Assembly (NCBI GenBank): GCA_020722705.1
Contig: DYKI01000002.1
Span: forward strand, 41,968 to 105,967
DNA length: 64,000 nt
DNA from: Chthonomonas calidirosea
Lineage (GTDB): Bacteria; Armatimonadota; Chthonomonadetes; Chthonomonadales; CAJBBX01
Direction: 5' to 3'
In this document: positions 17,834 through 28,313 of the stretch, piece by piece
Layout of the letters: every line of letters starts with the position of its first letter
How positions within the stretch are numbered: position 1 is the stretch's first letter
Notes under the pieces: model-generated
Told to the model about the DNA's origin: nothing
The model's database searches: none
Seen by the model: only the letters and a program-made list of their open reading frames with translations
Program-made: the position numbers and the translations under genes

Positions 17834-18318
17834 AGGTCCTCGCTCGATTGAGTTTCGCCTCCGCGAACCGGCACACCGCTCCATTCACCGCTGTGGGAGC
17901 CTTCGAAGACCGCGCCATCCACGATCAGGCGCATGGTCTTGACACGGTCGAATGCCGCCAGCGCCGCACACAGGGCGTTCTGCGCCTCGGACTCACCGGT
18001 CGTTCCTCGGTTGTTCACCTCAGCGAACTCCGAGCTCATCTCGATCACACACTCATCGCCCTCCAATGCGATGCTGAGCAGCCGGGTGCCCTCCGGTATG
18101 GGACCGCCCCTGCTGACGGCAGCGCGGATCGTGTGCGCCAGGTCGTCGCAACCCTTCGCCACCTTGACGCCATCGGAGGCCTCATGCATCGGCTCGTGAA
18201 TCTGCGGTTCGGGCCTGATGGCCGTCGGGGGCTTGACGCCGTACCTCTGGAACGCGAACCAAGTACCCGCTCCACCGGCAACTCCGATCACGATCACGGC
18301 AACGATCCATCGGCGCAT
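17830..18318 (-). CDS. Membrane-anchored GerMN domain-containing protein
   Basis: 162 aa. N-terminal TM helix. The C-terminal half (IPEGTRLLSIALEGDECVIEMSSEF...TMRLIVDG) resembles GerMN. It lies between the amidase and murI. Confidence 0.55.
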   Translation of the reverse strand: MRRWIVAVIVIGVAGGAGTWFAFQRYGVKPPTAIRPEPQIHEPMHEASDGVKVAKGCDDLAHTIRAAVSRGGPIPEGTRLLSIALEGDECVIEMSSEFAEVNNRGTTGESEAQNALCAALAAFDRVKTMRLIVDGAVFEGSHSGEWSGVPVRGGETQSSEDL

Positions 18319-18320
18319 GC

Positions 18321-19949
18321 TTACAGACCCTCCGGCTTCTGCGGCGAGACTCCGCCGGCGGTTGGGACCGGCGGCGCGCCAGGGAGCTTGCCCTCGACGT
18401 AGCGCCTGATGCCGTCTGCGATCGCATTCGCGACGACCGTCTGAAACTCGGCGGTCATGAGCTTGGCTCGGTCGCTCGGATTGCTGATGTATGCCACCTC
18501 GATGAGTACCGCCGGCATCTCAGCCCGTCGGAGCACGGCCATACCCGTCCGGAATCGCGACAGGTCGGAACGAGCGCCCCGGCTTGGCAGCCCTCCCGCT
18601 GCCGCAACTCCTTCGACGATCGAGAGCCCCAGCGCTCTGCTGTTCTCGTCGTTGCCATGATAGTACGCCGTCGGACCGGAAGCACGCGAGTTGCCTGGCG
18701 CATCGTCAACGTGAATGCTCACGAAGACGTCGGCCGGCATGGCGTTGGCCATCGCTGGTCGCTCCGACAGGCTGACAGCCACGTCTGAGGCGCGCGTCAT
18801 ATGCACCGACAGGCCCGCCTTCTTCAGTCGCTCAACGACCTTGCGTGCGATCGCCAGCGTGAGGTCTTTCTCGTAGACTCGACGTCCACCCACCATGGCC
18901 GAACATCCGGTCGCCGAAGGCCCTCCATGGCCGGGATCCACCATGATGCACATTTCTTCGAAACGACGTCCGACGAGCTTGGGCAGCCTGATCAGGATCT
19001 CGTGCCCGTCAGGCAGAACAGGTCGGTCTCTGTACGTCACCAACCTGCGCAGCCGAAACACCAGTCGCGGCACACCGGCAACGGATCCGGGCACAAGGCG
19101 GGCTCCGGCGACGAGCGGATTGTCGAAGGTCCACTCCGTCTGGCTCGTGCCGACGCCGGTACCCGGCAGGTCCACCGTGAGCTCACCTTGAGAAGCTGAC
19201 ATGCGCACCGTGGGTCTGAGCCGACCATCGGCGACCAGAAGCAGGCGAGTCTGTGCCGGATCAATGGCCTCGCATACGATGTCCCGCAGCCACGACGGAG
19301 CTCGCGCCACGACTCCCGGCTTGGGTGGAACCGGTGCGACTGGAGGCCCATCTTGTACGGGTGATGCAACCGGGGCTGTCGTTCTGTCGGCAACCGTGGT
19401 CGGGCTGCCATCCAGCGTATCCGGCGTCTGCACTCCGGTTACTGGAGAGGTGACGGTTGGAGGACGCTCAGCGGAGCTGCTCTTCGCTGGACCTCCGGCC
19501 GCATTCGGAGCAGGCTTCCGGGATTGGGACGGAGCACGCTGCTCGGGCGCGGGCGCCGCGACACGCTCGGACGTCGTGTAGCGAATGTCGCAGACCCCAT
19601 CGGCAACCTTGTACTGCAGCTTCAGCAGCGGGGCCAACGCCGTCAACGGGACCATCGGCGCACGGCGAAGGCGAGCCAGGGCTATCTCGCGGCGCACACC
19701 TGTCGGTGAGGCTACGACCGCGTAGTCCTCCTTCTCAGGCATGACTACCCTGCACTTCATCGCCCGGACCGCGTCGAGCGGAAGATAGACCTCGCGGCCA
19801 TCAAACAAAGCCGGCGACGGCAGCTCGAGCGGCTTGCCCGATAACCGCAACTGGATCGGCTCAATGGGCCGAGCGGGCTCCGCGCCACAACGAACGTGGC
19901 CTAGAATGAAGGTGACCAGAACAAGGATTCTGAATACTGGAAGCCGCAT
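18321..19949 (-). CDS. N-acetylmuramoyl-L-alanine amidase (Amidase_3) with an N-terminal stalk-like domain and Pro/Thr-rich linker
   Basis: 542 aa. Signal peptide, AMIN-like segment, and catalytic region VDPGHGG...LTLAIARKV...VFVSIHVDDAP...VLIEVAYISNP. Confidence 0.85.
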   Translation of the reverse strand: MRLPVFRILVLVTFILGHVRCGAEPARPIEPIQLRLSGKPLELPSPALFDGREVYLPLDAVRAMKCRVVMPEKEDYAVVASPTGVRREIALARLRRAPMVPLTALAPLLKLQYKVADGVCDIRYTTSERVAAPAPEQRAPSQSRKPAPNAAGGPAKSSSAERPPTVTSPVTGVQTPDTLDGSPTTVADRTTAPVASPVQDGPPVAPVPPKPGVVARAPSWLRDIVCEAIDPAQTRLLLVADGRLRPTVRMSASQGELTVDLPGTGVGTSQTEWTFDNPLVAGARLVPGSVAGVPRLVFRLRRLVTYRDRPVLPDGHEILIRLPKLVGRRFEEMCIMVDPGHGGPSATGCSAMVGGRRVYEKDLTLAIARKVVERLKKAGLSVHMTRASDVAVSLSERPAMANAMPADVFVSIHVDDAPGNSRASGPTAYYHGNDENSRALGLSIVEGVAAAGGLPSRGARSDLSRFRTGMAVLRRAEMPAVLIEVAYISNPSDRAKLMTAEFQTVVANAIADGIRRYVEGKLPGAPPVPTAGGVSPQKPEGL

Positions 19950-20121
19950 TGCGTCTACGCGCTCGATGTCTGCCCCCGTTTGGCCCGGAAGGGGCGATCT
20001 ACGCCAGCCTGGTTCATCGCGCCAGGCAATCTGCCCTAGCCCATCGGGACTGTCACCATCATACCATCATATCCGGCTTTCGGTGCATGACGAAGGCAAG
20101 GCCGGCCGGGCTGAACCGCTC

Positions 20122-21060
20122 TCATCGGCACGACTGCATCCACTCGATGGTCCTCCTCAGACCCTCCTCCAGGCTCACCGACGCCCGGAAGCCGAGCAGC
20201 GACGACGCCCGGCTCACATCCGCCAGCGAGTGCCGTACATCGCCTTTGCGTGCCGACTGGAAACAAGGTTCCCCATTGAAGCCGCACTGCCGCTGCATCA
20301 TACGGCACAGATCAAGCACCGACACGGCGCGGCCCGAGGCAGTGTTGATGACCTGCCCAACGGCGCGTGGGGACTCGGCCGCCAGGACATTGGCCGAGGC
20401 AACGTCGCCGACATACAGGAAGTCACGGGTCTGCCCTCCGTCGCCGAAGATGGTTGGCGCGCGCCCGGCACTAAGGGCACCGGCGAACTTCGGTATGACG
20501 GCCGCATACTCGCTGTTCGGATTCTGGCGCGGCCCATAGACGTTGAAGTAGCGCAGCGATACCGTCTCGAGGCCGTAGAGCGACGCGAACAGCCGCGACA
20601 TGTGCTCCCCATAGAGTTTCTCGATACCGTACGGCGACCCTGGCGTCGGCAGACAGGTTTCCGGCGTCGGGAGCGTCTCGGGCTCTCCGTAAACGGCAGC
20701 AGACGACGAAAAGACCAGCCTTCGCGCGCCTGCATCCCGAGCGCCGACGAGCACGTTCAGCGTCCCTCCAATGTTGACGGCATCGGCGGTCTTCGGATCC
20801 TCCACCGACCCGGGCACCGAGATGAAAGCCGCAAGGTGGAAAACTGTCTCGACGCCGGAACATGCTCGATGCACCGCGCCGTCATCACGGACATCGCCCA
20901 CGATCAACTCGACGTTGTCCCGAACATGCGCCAGATTCGCCTCCGACCCGCTCGACAGGTTGTCGAACACCCTCACGCGCCAACCGCGAGCGATCAGAGC
21001 GTCAACCAGATGAGACCCGATGAAGCCGGCTCCGCCGGTCACTAAAGCGCATCGTTCCAT
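20122..21060 (-). CDS. NAD-dependent NDP-sugar epimerase/dehydratase (UDP-glucose 4-epimerase-like)
   Basis: ALVTGGAGFIGSHLV, SSSAAVYG and YGxxK (PYGIEKLYGE). ATG 21060 is preceded by GGGAG. The track ORF to 21216 is unsupported. Confidence 0.8.
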   Translation of the reverse strand: MERCALVTGGAGFIGSHLVDALIARGWRVRVFDNLSSGSEANLAHVRDNVELIVGDVRDDGAVHRACSGVETVFHLAAFISVPGSVEDPKTADAVNIGGTLNVLVGARDAGARRLVFSSSAAVYGEPETLPTPETCLPTPGSPYGIEKLYGEHMSRLFASLYGLETVSLRYFNVYGPRQNPNSEYAAVIPKFAGALSAGRAPTIFGDGGQTRDFLYVGDVASANVLAAESPRAVGQVINTASGRAVSVLDLCRMMQRQCGFNGEPCFQSARKGDVRHSLADVSRASSLLGFRASVSLEEGLRRTIEWMQSCR

Positions 21061-21116
21061 GCCCACTCCCATGCCTTCGATGTTCCATCGTACCGCGCAT
21101 CTGAGCCATATCGGGC

Positions 21117-21122
21117 TACAAT
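21117..21122 (+). promoter_or_regulatory. Candidate -10 box (TACAAT) only 6 nt upstream of the rluD ATG (possible leaderless mRNA)
   Basis: GCTACAATCGTGCCATG read directly. There is no Shine-Dalgarno sequence between the box and the ATG. Confidence 0.3.
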
Positions 21123-21128
21123 CGTGCC

Positions 21129-22136
21129 ATGTCGAACCGGATCGAATGGACCGCAGACCAGGCACTCGACGGCACGCGACTCGATGTGGCGCTTGCACAG
21201 CACCTTGCAATCTCACGATCGCGAGCCGCCAAACTGATCGCCTCAGGTTCCGTTATGGTTGATGGCCGCAGCGCAGCGGCCTCCCACCTCGTGCGGCGAG
21301 GCGAAAGTATCAGTTCACCGGATCCCTCCATTCCGGCCGACCCGATGCCGCGTTTGACGGCAGGTGCCGCCGCTACGGACATGGAGCTGGACGTGGTGTA
21401 CGAGGACGCCTCGATCATCGTGGTCAACAAACCACGTGATGTTGTCGTCCATCCCGCTCCCGGTCACTCAAGCGGCACGCTTGTCCACGCGATACTGGGC
21501 CATGCCGAAGACCTCTCGGGTATCGGAGGCGAGCTCAGGCCCGGCATCGTTCATCGTCTCGACAAAGACACAACCGGGCTGATCGCCATCGCGAAAACGG
21601 ACGACGCCCACCAGAGCTTGCAGCGGCAAATACAGCAGCGGACTGCTGAGCGAGAGTATGTGGGGATCGTATGGGGCGTTCCGTCGTTCGCAACGGCTAC
21701 CGTCAAAACCTGCATCGGTCGTCATCCCACCGATCGGAAGCGCATGGCGGTTCTGCCCGATGGAGCCCCGGGTTCCCGCGAGGCCATCACGGAGATGCGC
21801 GTGGAATCCCGTCATGGCCCCTTCGCGGTGATCTCGGCACGACTTCAGACCGGACGCACCCATCAGATTCGCGTCCATTGCGCCTACATCGGCCATCCAA
21901 TCGTGGGGGACCCCGTCTATGGCGGTCAACGCAAACTCCCCACCGACAAGCTGATGCCGCCCGTACGCGCACGGCTGGCCGACGCGATGGCCGGACTCGG
22001 AGGCCAAGCGCTTCATGCCCGACGCCTCACCTTTGACCATCCTGTGACTGGCGAACGCCTTACGTTTCAGGCGCCGCCGCCGAAGGATATGGCCGCCCTG
22101 ATGGATGCACTCGACGAATGCCTCGCTGACCGCTGA
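21129..22136 (+). CDS. rluD: RluA-family 23S rRNA pseudouridine synthase (RluD-like) with S4 domain
   Basis: 335 aa. N-terminal S4-like region and the catalytic motif HRLDKDTTGLI. Confidence 0.85.
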   Translation: MSNRIEWTADQALDGTRLDVALAQHLAISRSRAAKLIASGSVMVDGRSAAASHLVRRGESISSPDPSIPADPMPRLTAGAAATDMELDVVYEDASIIVVNKPRDVVVHPAPGHSSGTLVHAILGHAEDLSGIGGELRPGIVHRLDKDTTGLIAIAKTDDAHQSLQRQIQQRTAEREYVGIVWGVPSFATATVKTCIGRHPTDRKRMAVLPDGAPGSREAITEMRVESRHGPFAVISARLQTGRTHQIRVHCAYIGHPIVGDPVYGGQRKLPTDKLMPPVRARLADAMAGLGGQALHARRLTFDHPVTGERLTFQAPPPKDMAALMDALDECLADR

Positions 22137-22238
22137 ACCTTGCCCTCCACTCGAGCGGCGGTTCTGCGCATGGCCTATCGCAGCATCAGCCATTCACGGA
22201 TGGGCCAATCGGTCGCAGCCCGATCCAACCGGCCAGAC

Positions 22239-25200
22239 TCAGTTCCCTTCATCGTCAGACGACGCCGTCCGGGTTTCAACCTCAACAATGGCATGGCCGC
22301 CCCAGTCCGAAAGCACAACCCGGTCCCCGTCCATCCGCGCCGGCCTCCCGTTGACGGTCACGCTCGTTGCGCGGATGCCATCGGGCAAGCGGAACCGCAG
22401 TCGAATGCGCTTCGGCGGGTTGCGGGTCGGGCCTTCCAGGGTAGCTGTTACGCTGTCCGTCGTCGCCTTATAGTGGACGCTCACGGGTCCGAAGTGCGTT
22501 GCCGCACGTTCAACGCCGCACTGCTTGCCCGGCGACAGCCACTCCCTCGGGATGGCCTGGCCGATGAGCAGTTCGTCGCCTTCTTCGCGCACGAACAGGT
22601 ACCGAAGCCATCCAGCCGCGTTGGCTTCATCGGAGCTCTTGTAATGGTCGCCGCGCCAGCTCCCATAGTCCGGCAGGACATGCTCGGTGATCATCCGGAC
22701 ATCGGGGAAATAGCCCACGGCGATGGCGTTGAAGATTGCCCGAAGCGCATGCTTCACGTCGTCGCGGTAGAGGTAAGGCTCGGCGTCGAGCAACAAGCAC
22801 GACTGCATGGACATGCCGCCGAGGCCGAACCACTGCTTGTCGAAGTCCGGCACGGTGTAGCCGTACTGGTTGGACAGGAACAGGTTGTCCTCGTAGTCTT
22901 CCATGATGTCGCGCGCGGCGTCCGACCTTGGATCGAGTACGCGGTTATTCAGCAGATGGATTGCGCCTTCGAGCGTCTCGCATATCCAGCCGAAGGCCCG
23001 CCCTCGCAGGTAGGGATGGCTTGGGAACTTGCGCACGGAGCGTCCATCGCGCAGACGTACGACCGGACTCAGTTCCGATGCCTCGGCGAAGGCCTTGCGG
23101 ATCGCGGCCAGATAGGCATTCGCCTCCTCCCGGACCCGAGACGCATCGGGATGCCCGGCTTGCTCCAATGCCCAGGCCGCGGAATCGAGACCGCGCCACG
23201 TATAGCAGTTCGTTGAGAGCCACGGCCACCAGTCGCCGATGTCTTCGAGACTGCCTGCCGGCAGCAGCCCGCGCGCAATGTCGGTGCGCTGCAGCGTGCG
23301 ATGCCTCTGACCGATGATCCAGTCCGCCCCCTTAAGGATGCCGGGCAAGGCATGCGCCAGCCAGCGCCGGTCGCGTGTGAACCGATAGTGCTCGACCAGG
23401 CACCACAGAATCCAGCCGTGATGCTGGTTGTAGCCGCCGTGTTCGTAGCCCCCTGCGCCGTAGAGGACGCCTTCCTGCGTCGAAAAGTCGCCCGGCAGGC
23501 CGACCGTGCCCTGGTAGTGGAGCCACGCGTTCAAGCACTCTTCGGCCTCGGCATGCATGCCGCGCCTATCGAGGTCAACAACCATCATGCACGACTCGTT
23601 GCCGAAGGCCGCATAGTGAAATGACCCGACCCGGGCGAACCTTCGGTGGGCGTTCGGCTCCTGTTCGCAGTTGATGAGCAGATGGCCAAGGTGCGCTCGA
23701 TGGAAGTCGTTGAGCATGGGCTCCGGCGTGATCAGACGCATGCCCGCATCCATGCGTCTGCGCCAGTAGTCACCCACTGCCTTGTGCTCCGCGTCGAAAT
23801 CCAGAGCCTCAACGCGCTGCCGGTCGCGATCCGACAGGGCGGTCACGAACGGCAGCTTGATGATGAGCGCTCGTGACTGGCCCGGCGCGAGTTCCCAGGA
23901 CCAAACCGGTCCGTGCTCATCAAGGTTAGGCAACGTGTCGGTGACAAGGTGGCCTCGATACCGGCCTCCCTCGGTGAGCGTTCCGGTCAGGTCTATTTTG
24001 ATCGGCCCCTGCTCGCATCGAAGCGGCAAGGATGCGCGTTCGGCCGATGCAGACGTGTTGGTGGCCGATAACTTCACCATACAGACTGCCGTAGTGTCGC
24101 CCTCGGGCGTCCTGGCCGGGTCAGTGCCGCCGAGCGCGGTCACGAACGCGGTCTGCTCATAGCGTATGCCGCCCTGCTGCCAGGCTGTCACGCAGATCGG
24201 CAGACATCCCTCCTCAATGGTTCGGTGTGTCGGTCGGTCGGGCATACCGAACGTCCATGTGATGCGGTCGCCATCCTCTGTAAGCAGCGCAGTGTCCTTG
24301 CCGGGACGAACTGCGATGAAGTGGTTCTGAATGCGGTACTCGATGGCGCCACTGGGGTGCAGCAGGAACCGTTGCCGCCCGCCGTCAAGACCCATGGGAA
24401 AGACAATGTCGGACTTCTTCGGCGGCATGGCGGCCCATGCGCCCTGCCAGGTCTGCTCGGGCAGCTCGGCGATCCGTTGGTAGAGCGTTCTCCGGGTTGA
24501 CGCTGTCCCGATGACACGTGCTATTTCAGCGTAGGTCCGCTTGTCATCCGCACGCGTCACCGCTGCCCCCAGCGCCGGCACGAACACCGGCCCGTCGCGC
24601 ACGTCGCGCACGTCGAACGTGAAGCGGCGCTTGCCCCAGCGGACCGTCACGAGCGACCGGTCGAACGTATTCGGATCGGCGTTGGATGCGACCAGCAAGT
24701 CCGCCTCCCGAGTCCGCTCGTCCGGCGAACGAATGGTCCCGACATAGCCGTTGAACGCCTCGAACTTCGGCGGCGACACCGGCTTGCGTTGCCATACGAT
24801 GCGAGCGGTCACCTTGACCCACACGGAGGCCGTGAATGCCGCAATGCGCTCGATTGGGGGCGAGCCGTCGGGCGCGATGACACGAATCTGATGGGTGAAC
24901 CGCCAGGTCGCGGCGAATCGGGGTAACTGGAGATGCTCCTTGCGGTTCACAGGGCGGAAGGTGATGGTCGCATCCGTTCCGTTGACGGCGACATCGGCGT
25001 CGGCATCGCGCCATTCGCCTGTGTGCCAGTTGCCCAGTTCCCACCAGCCCACGTCGCCCCCTCCAGGCTCGCGATCCCGCGGCAAGCGTTGCTGCGGCCA
25101 TCGGCTGGACCAGTACAGGAGCTTCACACCGCTCGGAGCGGATCCTCGGAAGCGCACAACGACCCGGTGGATCTCCCGCGGATCGGTCCACCGAAGTCCA

Positions 25201-25286
25201 ATGCCCTCAGGCAACGGAATGGCCCACGCTGCGACATCAACCGGCGATCCCACCGGCGGCGGCGCGGCGGCAATAGTCACGAGCAT
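22239..25286 (-). CDS. Large cytoplasmic hypothetical protein with a six-hairpin (alpha/alpha)6 glycosidase-like central region
   Basis: 1015 aa from ATG 25286 (TGGAGAGACGTCGCG-ATG). No signal peptide. The Trp/Gly/His-rich segment AWLHYQGT...GGYEHGGYNQHHGWILWCLVEHY resembles the glycoside hydrolase (alpha/alpha)6 fold. The family is not recognised. Confidence 0.5.
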   Translation of the reverse strand: MLVTIAAAPPPVGSPVDVAAWAIPLPEGIGLRWTDPREIHRVVVRFRGSAPSGVKLLYWSSRWPQQRLPRDREPGGGDVGWWELGNWHTGEWRDADADVAVNGTDATITFRPVNRKEHLQLPRFAATWRFTHQIRVIAPDGSPPIERIAAFTASVWVKVTARIVWQRKPVSPPKFEAFNGYVGTIRSPDERTREADLLVASNADPNTFDRSLVTVRWGKRRFTFDVRDVRDGPVFVPALGAAVTRADDKRTYAEIARVIGTASTRRTLYQRIAELPEQTWQGAWAAMPPKKSDIVFPMGLDGGRQRFLLHPSGAIEYRIQNHFIAVRPGKDTALLTEDGDRITWTFGMPDRPTHRTIEEGCLPICVTAWQQGGIRYEQTAFVTALGGTDPARTPEGDTTAVCMVKLSATNTSASAERASLPLRCEQGPIKIDLTGTLTEGGRYRGHLVTDTLPNLDEHGPVWSWELAPGQSRALIIKLPFVTALSDRDRQRVEALDFDAEHKAVGDYWRRRMDAGMRLITPEPMLNDFHRAHLGHLLINCEQEPNAHRRFARVGSFHYAAFGNESCMMVVDLDRRGMHAEAEECLNAWLHYQGTVGLPGDFSTQEGVLYGAGGYEHGGYNQHHGWILWCLVEHYRFTRDRRWLAHALPGILKGADWIIGQRHRTLQRTDIARGLLPAGSLEDIGDWWPWLSTNCYTWRGLDSAAWALEQAGHPDASRVREEANAYLAAIRKAFAEASELSPVVRLRDGRSVRKFPSHPYLRGRAFGWICETLEGAIHLLNNRVLDPRSDAARDIMEDYEDNLFLSNQYGYTVPDFDKQWFGLGGMSMQSCLLLDAEPYLYRDDVKHALRAIFNAIAVGYFPDVRMITEHVLPDYGSWRGDHYKSSDEANAAGWLRYLFVREEGDELLIGQAIPREWLSPGKQCGVERAATHFGPVSVHYKATTDSVTATLEGPTRNPPKRIRLRFRLPDGIRATSVTVNGRPARMDGDRVVLSDWGGHAIVEVETRTASSDDEGN

Positions 25287-25410
25287 CGCGACGTCTCTCC
25301 AACGCGTGTTGTGTGCGCTATTCGCTGTGGCGCAGCGACTTCCTCCATCGCGGCAGTGTGCCTCGGCCGAGTCTACGGACGGGGAGACTTCGAATCCCAC
25401 TCCGGCCCTC

Positions 25411-25500
25411 GTCCTCCTACTCGTACTCGTACTCGTACTCGTAATCGTCCTCGTACTCGGCGTCAGCGGTACTCGGTTGTTCGAGTACGAGGACGAGGAC
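25411..25500. repeat. Hexanucleotide microsatellite (GTACTC-type) with dyad symmetry
   Basis: Eight consecutive GTNNTC hexamers at 25411-25458 (three perfect GTACTC in a row), another GTACTC at 25469, then inverted GAGTAC GAGGAC GAGGAC at 25483-25500. There is a 15-bp perfect inverted repeat, 25445-25459 against 25482-25496. Confidence 0.9.
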
Positions 25501-25567
25501 AGGCAGCAGAAAAGGAACGCCGTCATGGCGGGAACGGCGCGGCACAACGATGCGTAGGGTACTCTGA

Positions 25568-25592
25568 TTATCCGACTGAAATGGTCCGGATT
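25568..25592 (+). promoter_or_regulatory. Candidate Rrf2/IscR-type operator upstream of the Rrf2-suf operon
   Basis: TTATCCGACTGAAATGGTCCGGATT matches 18 of 25 positions of the E. coli IscR type-1 consensus as I recall it (ATASYYGACTRWWWYAGTCRRSTAT), including the GACT-N6-GTC core. It ends 11 nt before the regulator ATG. Confidence 0.3.
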
Positions 25593-25603
25593 TCCCGAAC
25601 GCG

Positions 25604-26047
25604 ATGATTGGAATCACGAAACAAACTGACTACGCCTTGCTGGCGCTCACTCACCTCGCTTCGGCCGAGGATGGGTGCGCCGTGCGGGCGCGCGAGATCG
25701 CAGAGCGGTATCGCATACCCGCCGATATGCTGGCGAAGATACTTCAGCGGTTGGCCCGAGCGGGGTTGCTCGTTTCATCGCAGGGACGGTCGGGGGGATA
25801 TGTCCTTGCCCGGCCCGTCGAGGAGATCACCATCGGCGCGGTGTTGGAGGCCGTCGAGGGCGCCCAGGCTTTGGCGCATTGCTTGCGTTCGGAAAACGCT
25901 GACTGCGAGCAGAGCAAGTGCTGCACCATTCGAGACCCGCTCGCACGGATCAATGCGCAAGTTTTTACGATGCTGGATGCCATTCCGGTAAGCGAGCTTT
26001 CGCGAGAGATCGCCGATGTGCCGCTCACCATCGGCATCACGAGGTAA
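25604..26047 (+). CDS. Rrf2 family transcriptional regulator (IscR-like, Cys cluster present)
   Basis: 147 aa. N-terminal wHTH ITKQTDYALLALTHLA...LAKILQRLARAGLL and a Cys cluster C-x7-C-x4-CC. It lies directly upstream of sufB. Confidence 0.85.
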   Translation: MIGITKQTDYALLALTHLASAEDGCAVRAREIAERYRIPADMLAKILQRLARAGLLVSSQGRSGGYVLARPVEEITIGAVLEAVEGAQALAHCLRSENADCEQSKCCTIRDPLARINAQVFTMLDAIPVSELSREIADVPLTIGITR

Positions 26048-26050
26048 CCG

Positions 26051-27499
<1,449 letters not shown>

Positions 27500-27529
27500 C
27501 GGACAGGACGCATAGCACAGATAGGATCG

Positions 27530-28312
<783 letters not shown>

Positions 28313-28313
28313 C

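Noticed and set aside
25287-25617. Coding interpretations of the microsatellite: an 87-aa N-terminal extension of the large ORF (start 25547, giving TSTSTS) and the 66-aa ORF 25417-25617 (giving EYEYEYE).
   Set aside because: A good RBS (GGAGAG) and ATG at 25286 begin the region that looks like real protein. The extension is low-complexity. The 66-aa ORF overlaps the Rrf2 gene start on the other strand. I retain the in-frame (Thr-Ser)n extension only as a low-probability alternative, mentioned in the corresponding finding.
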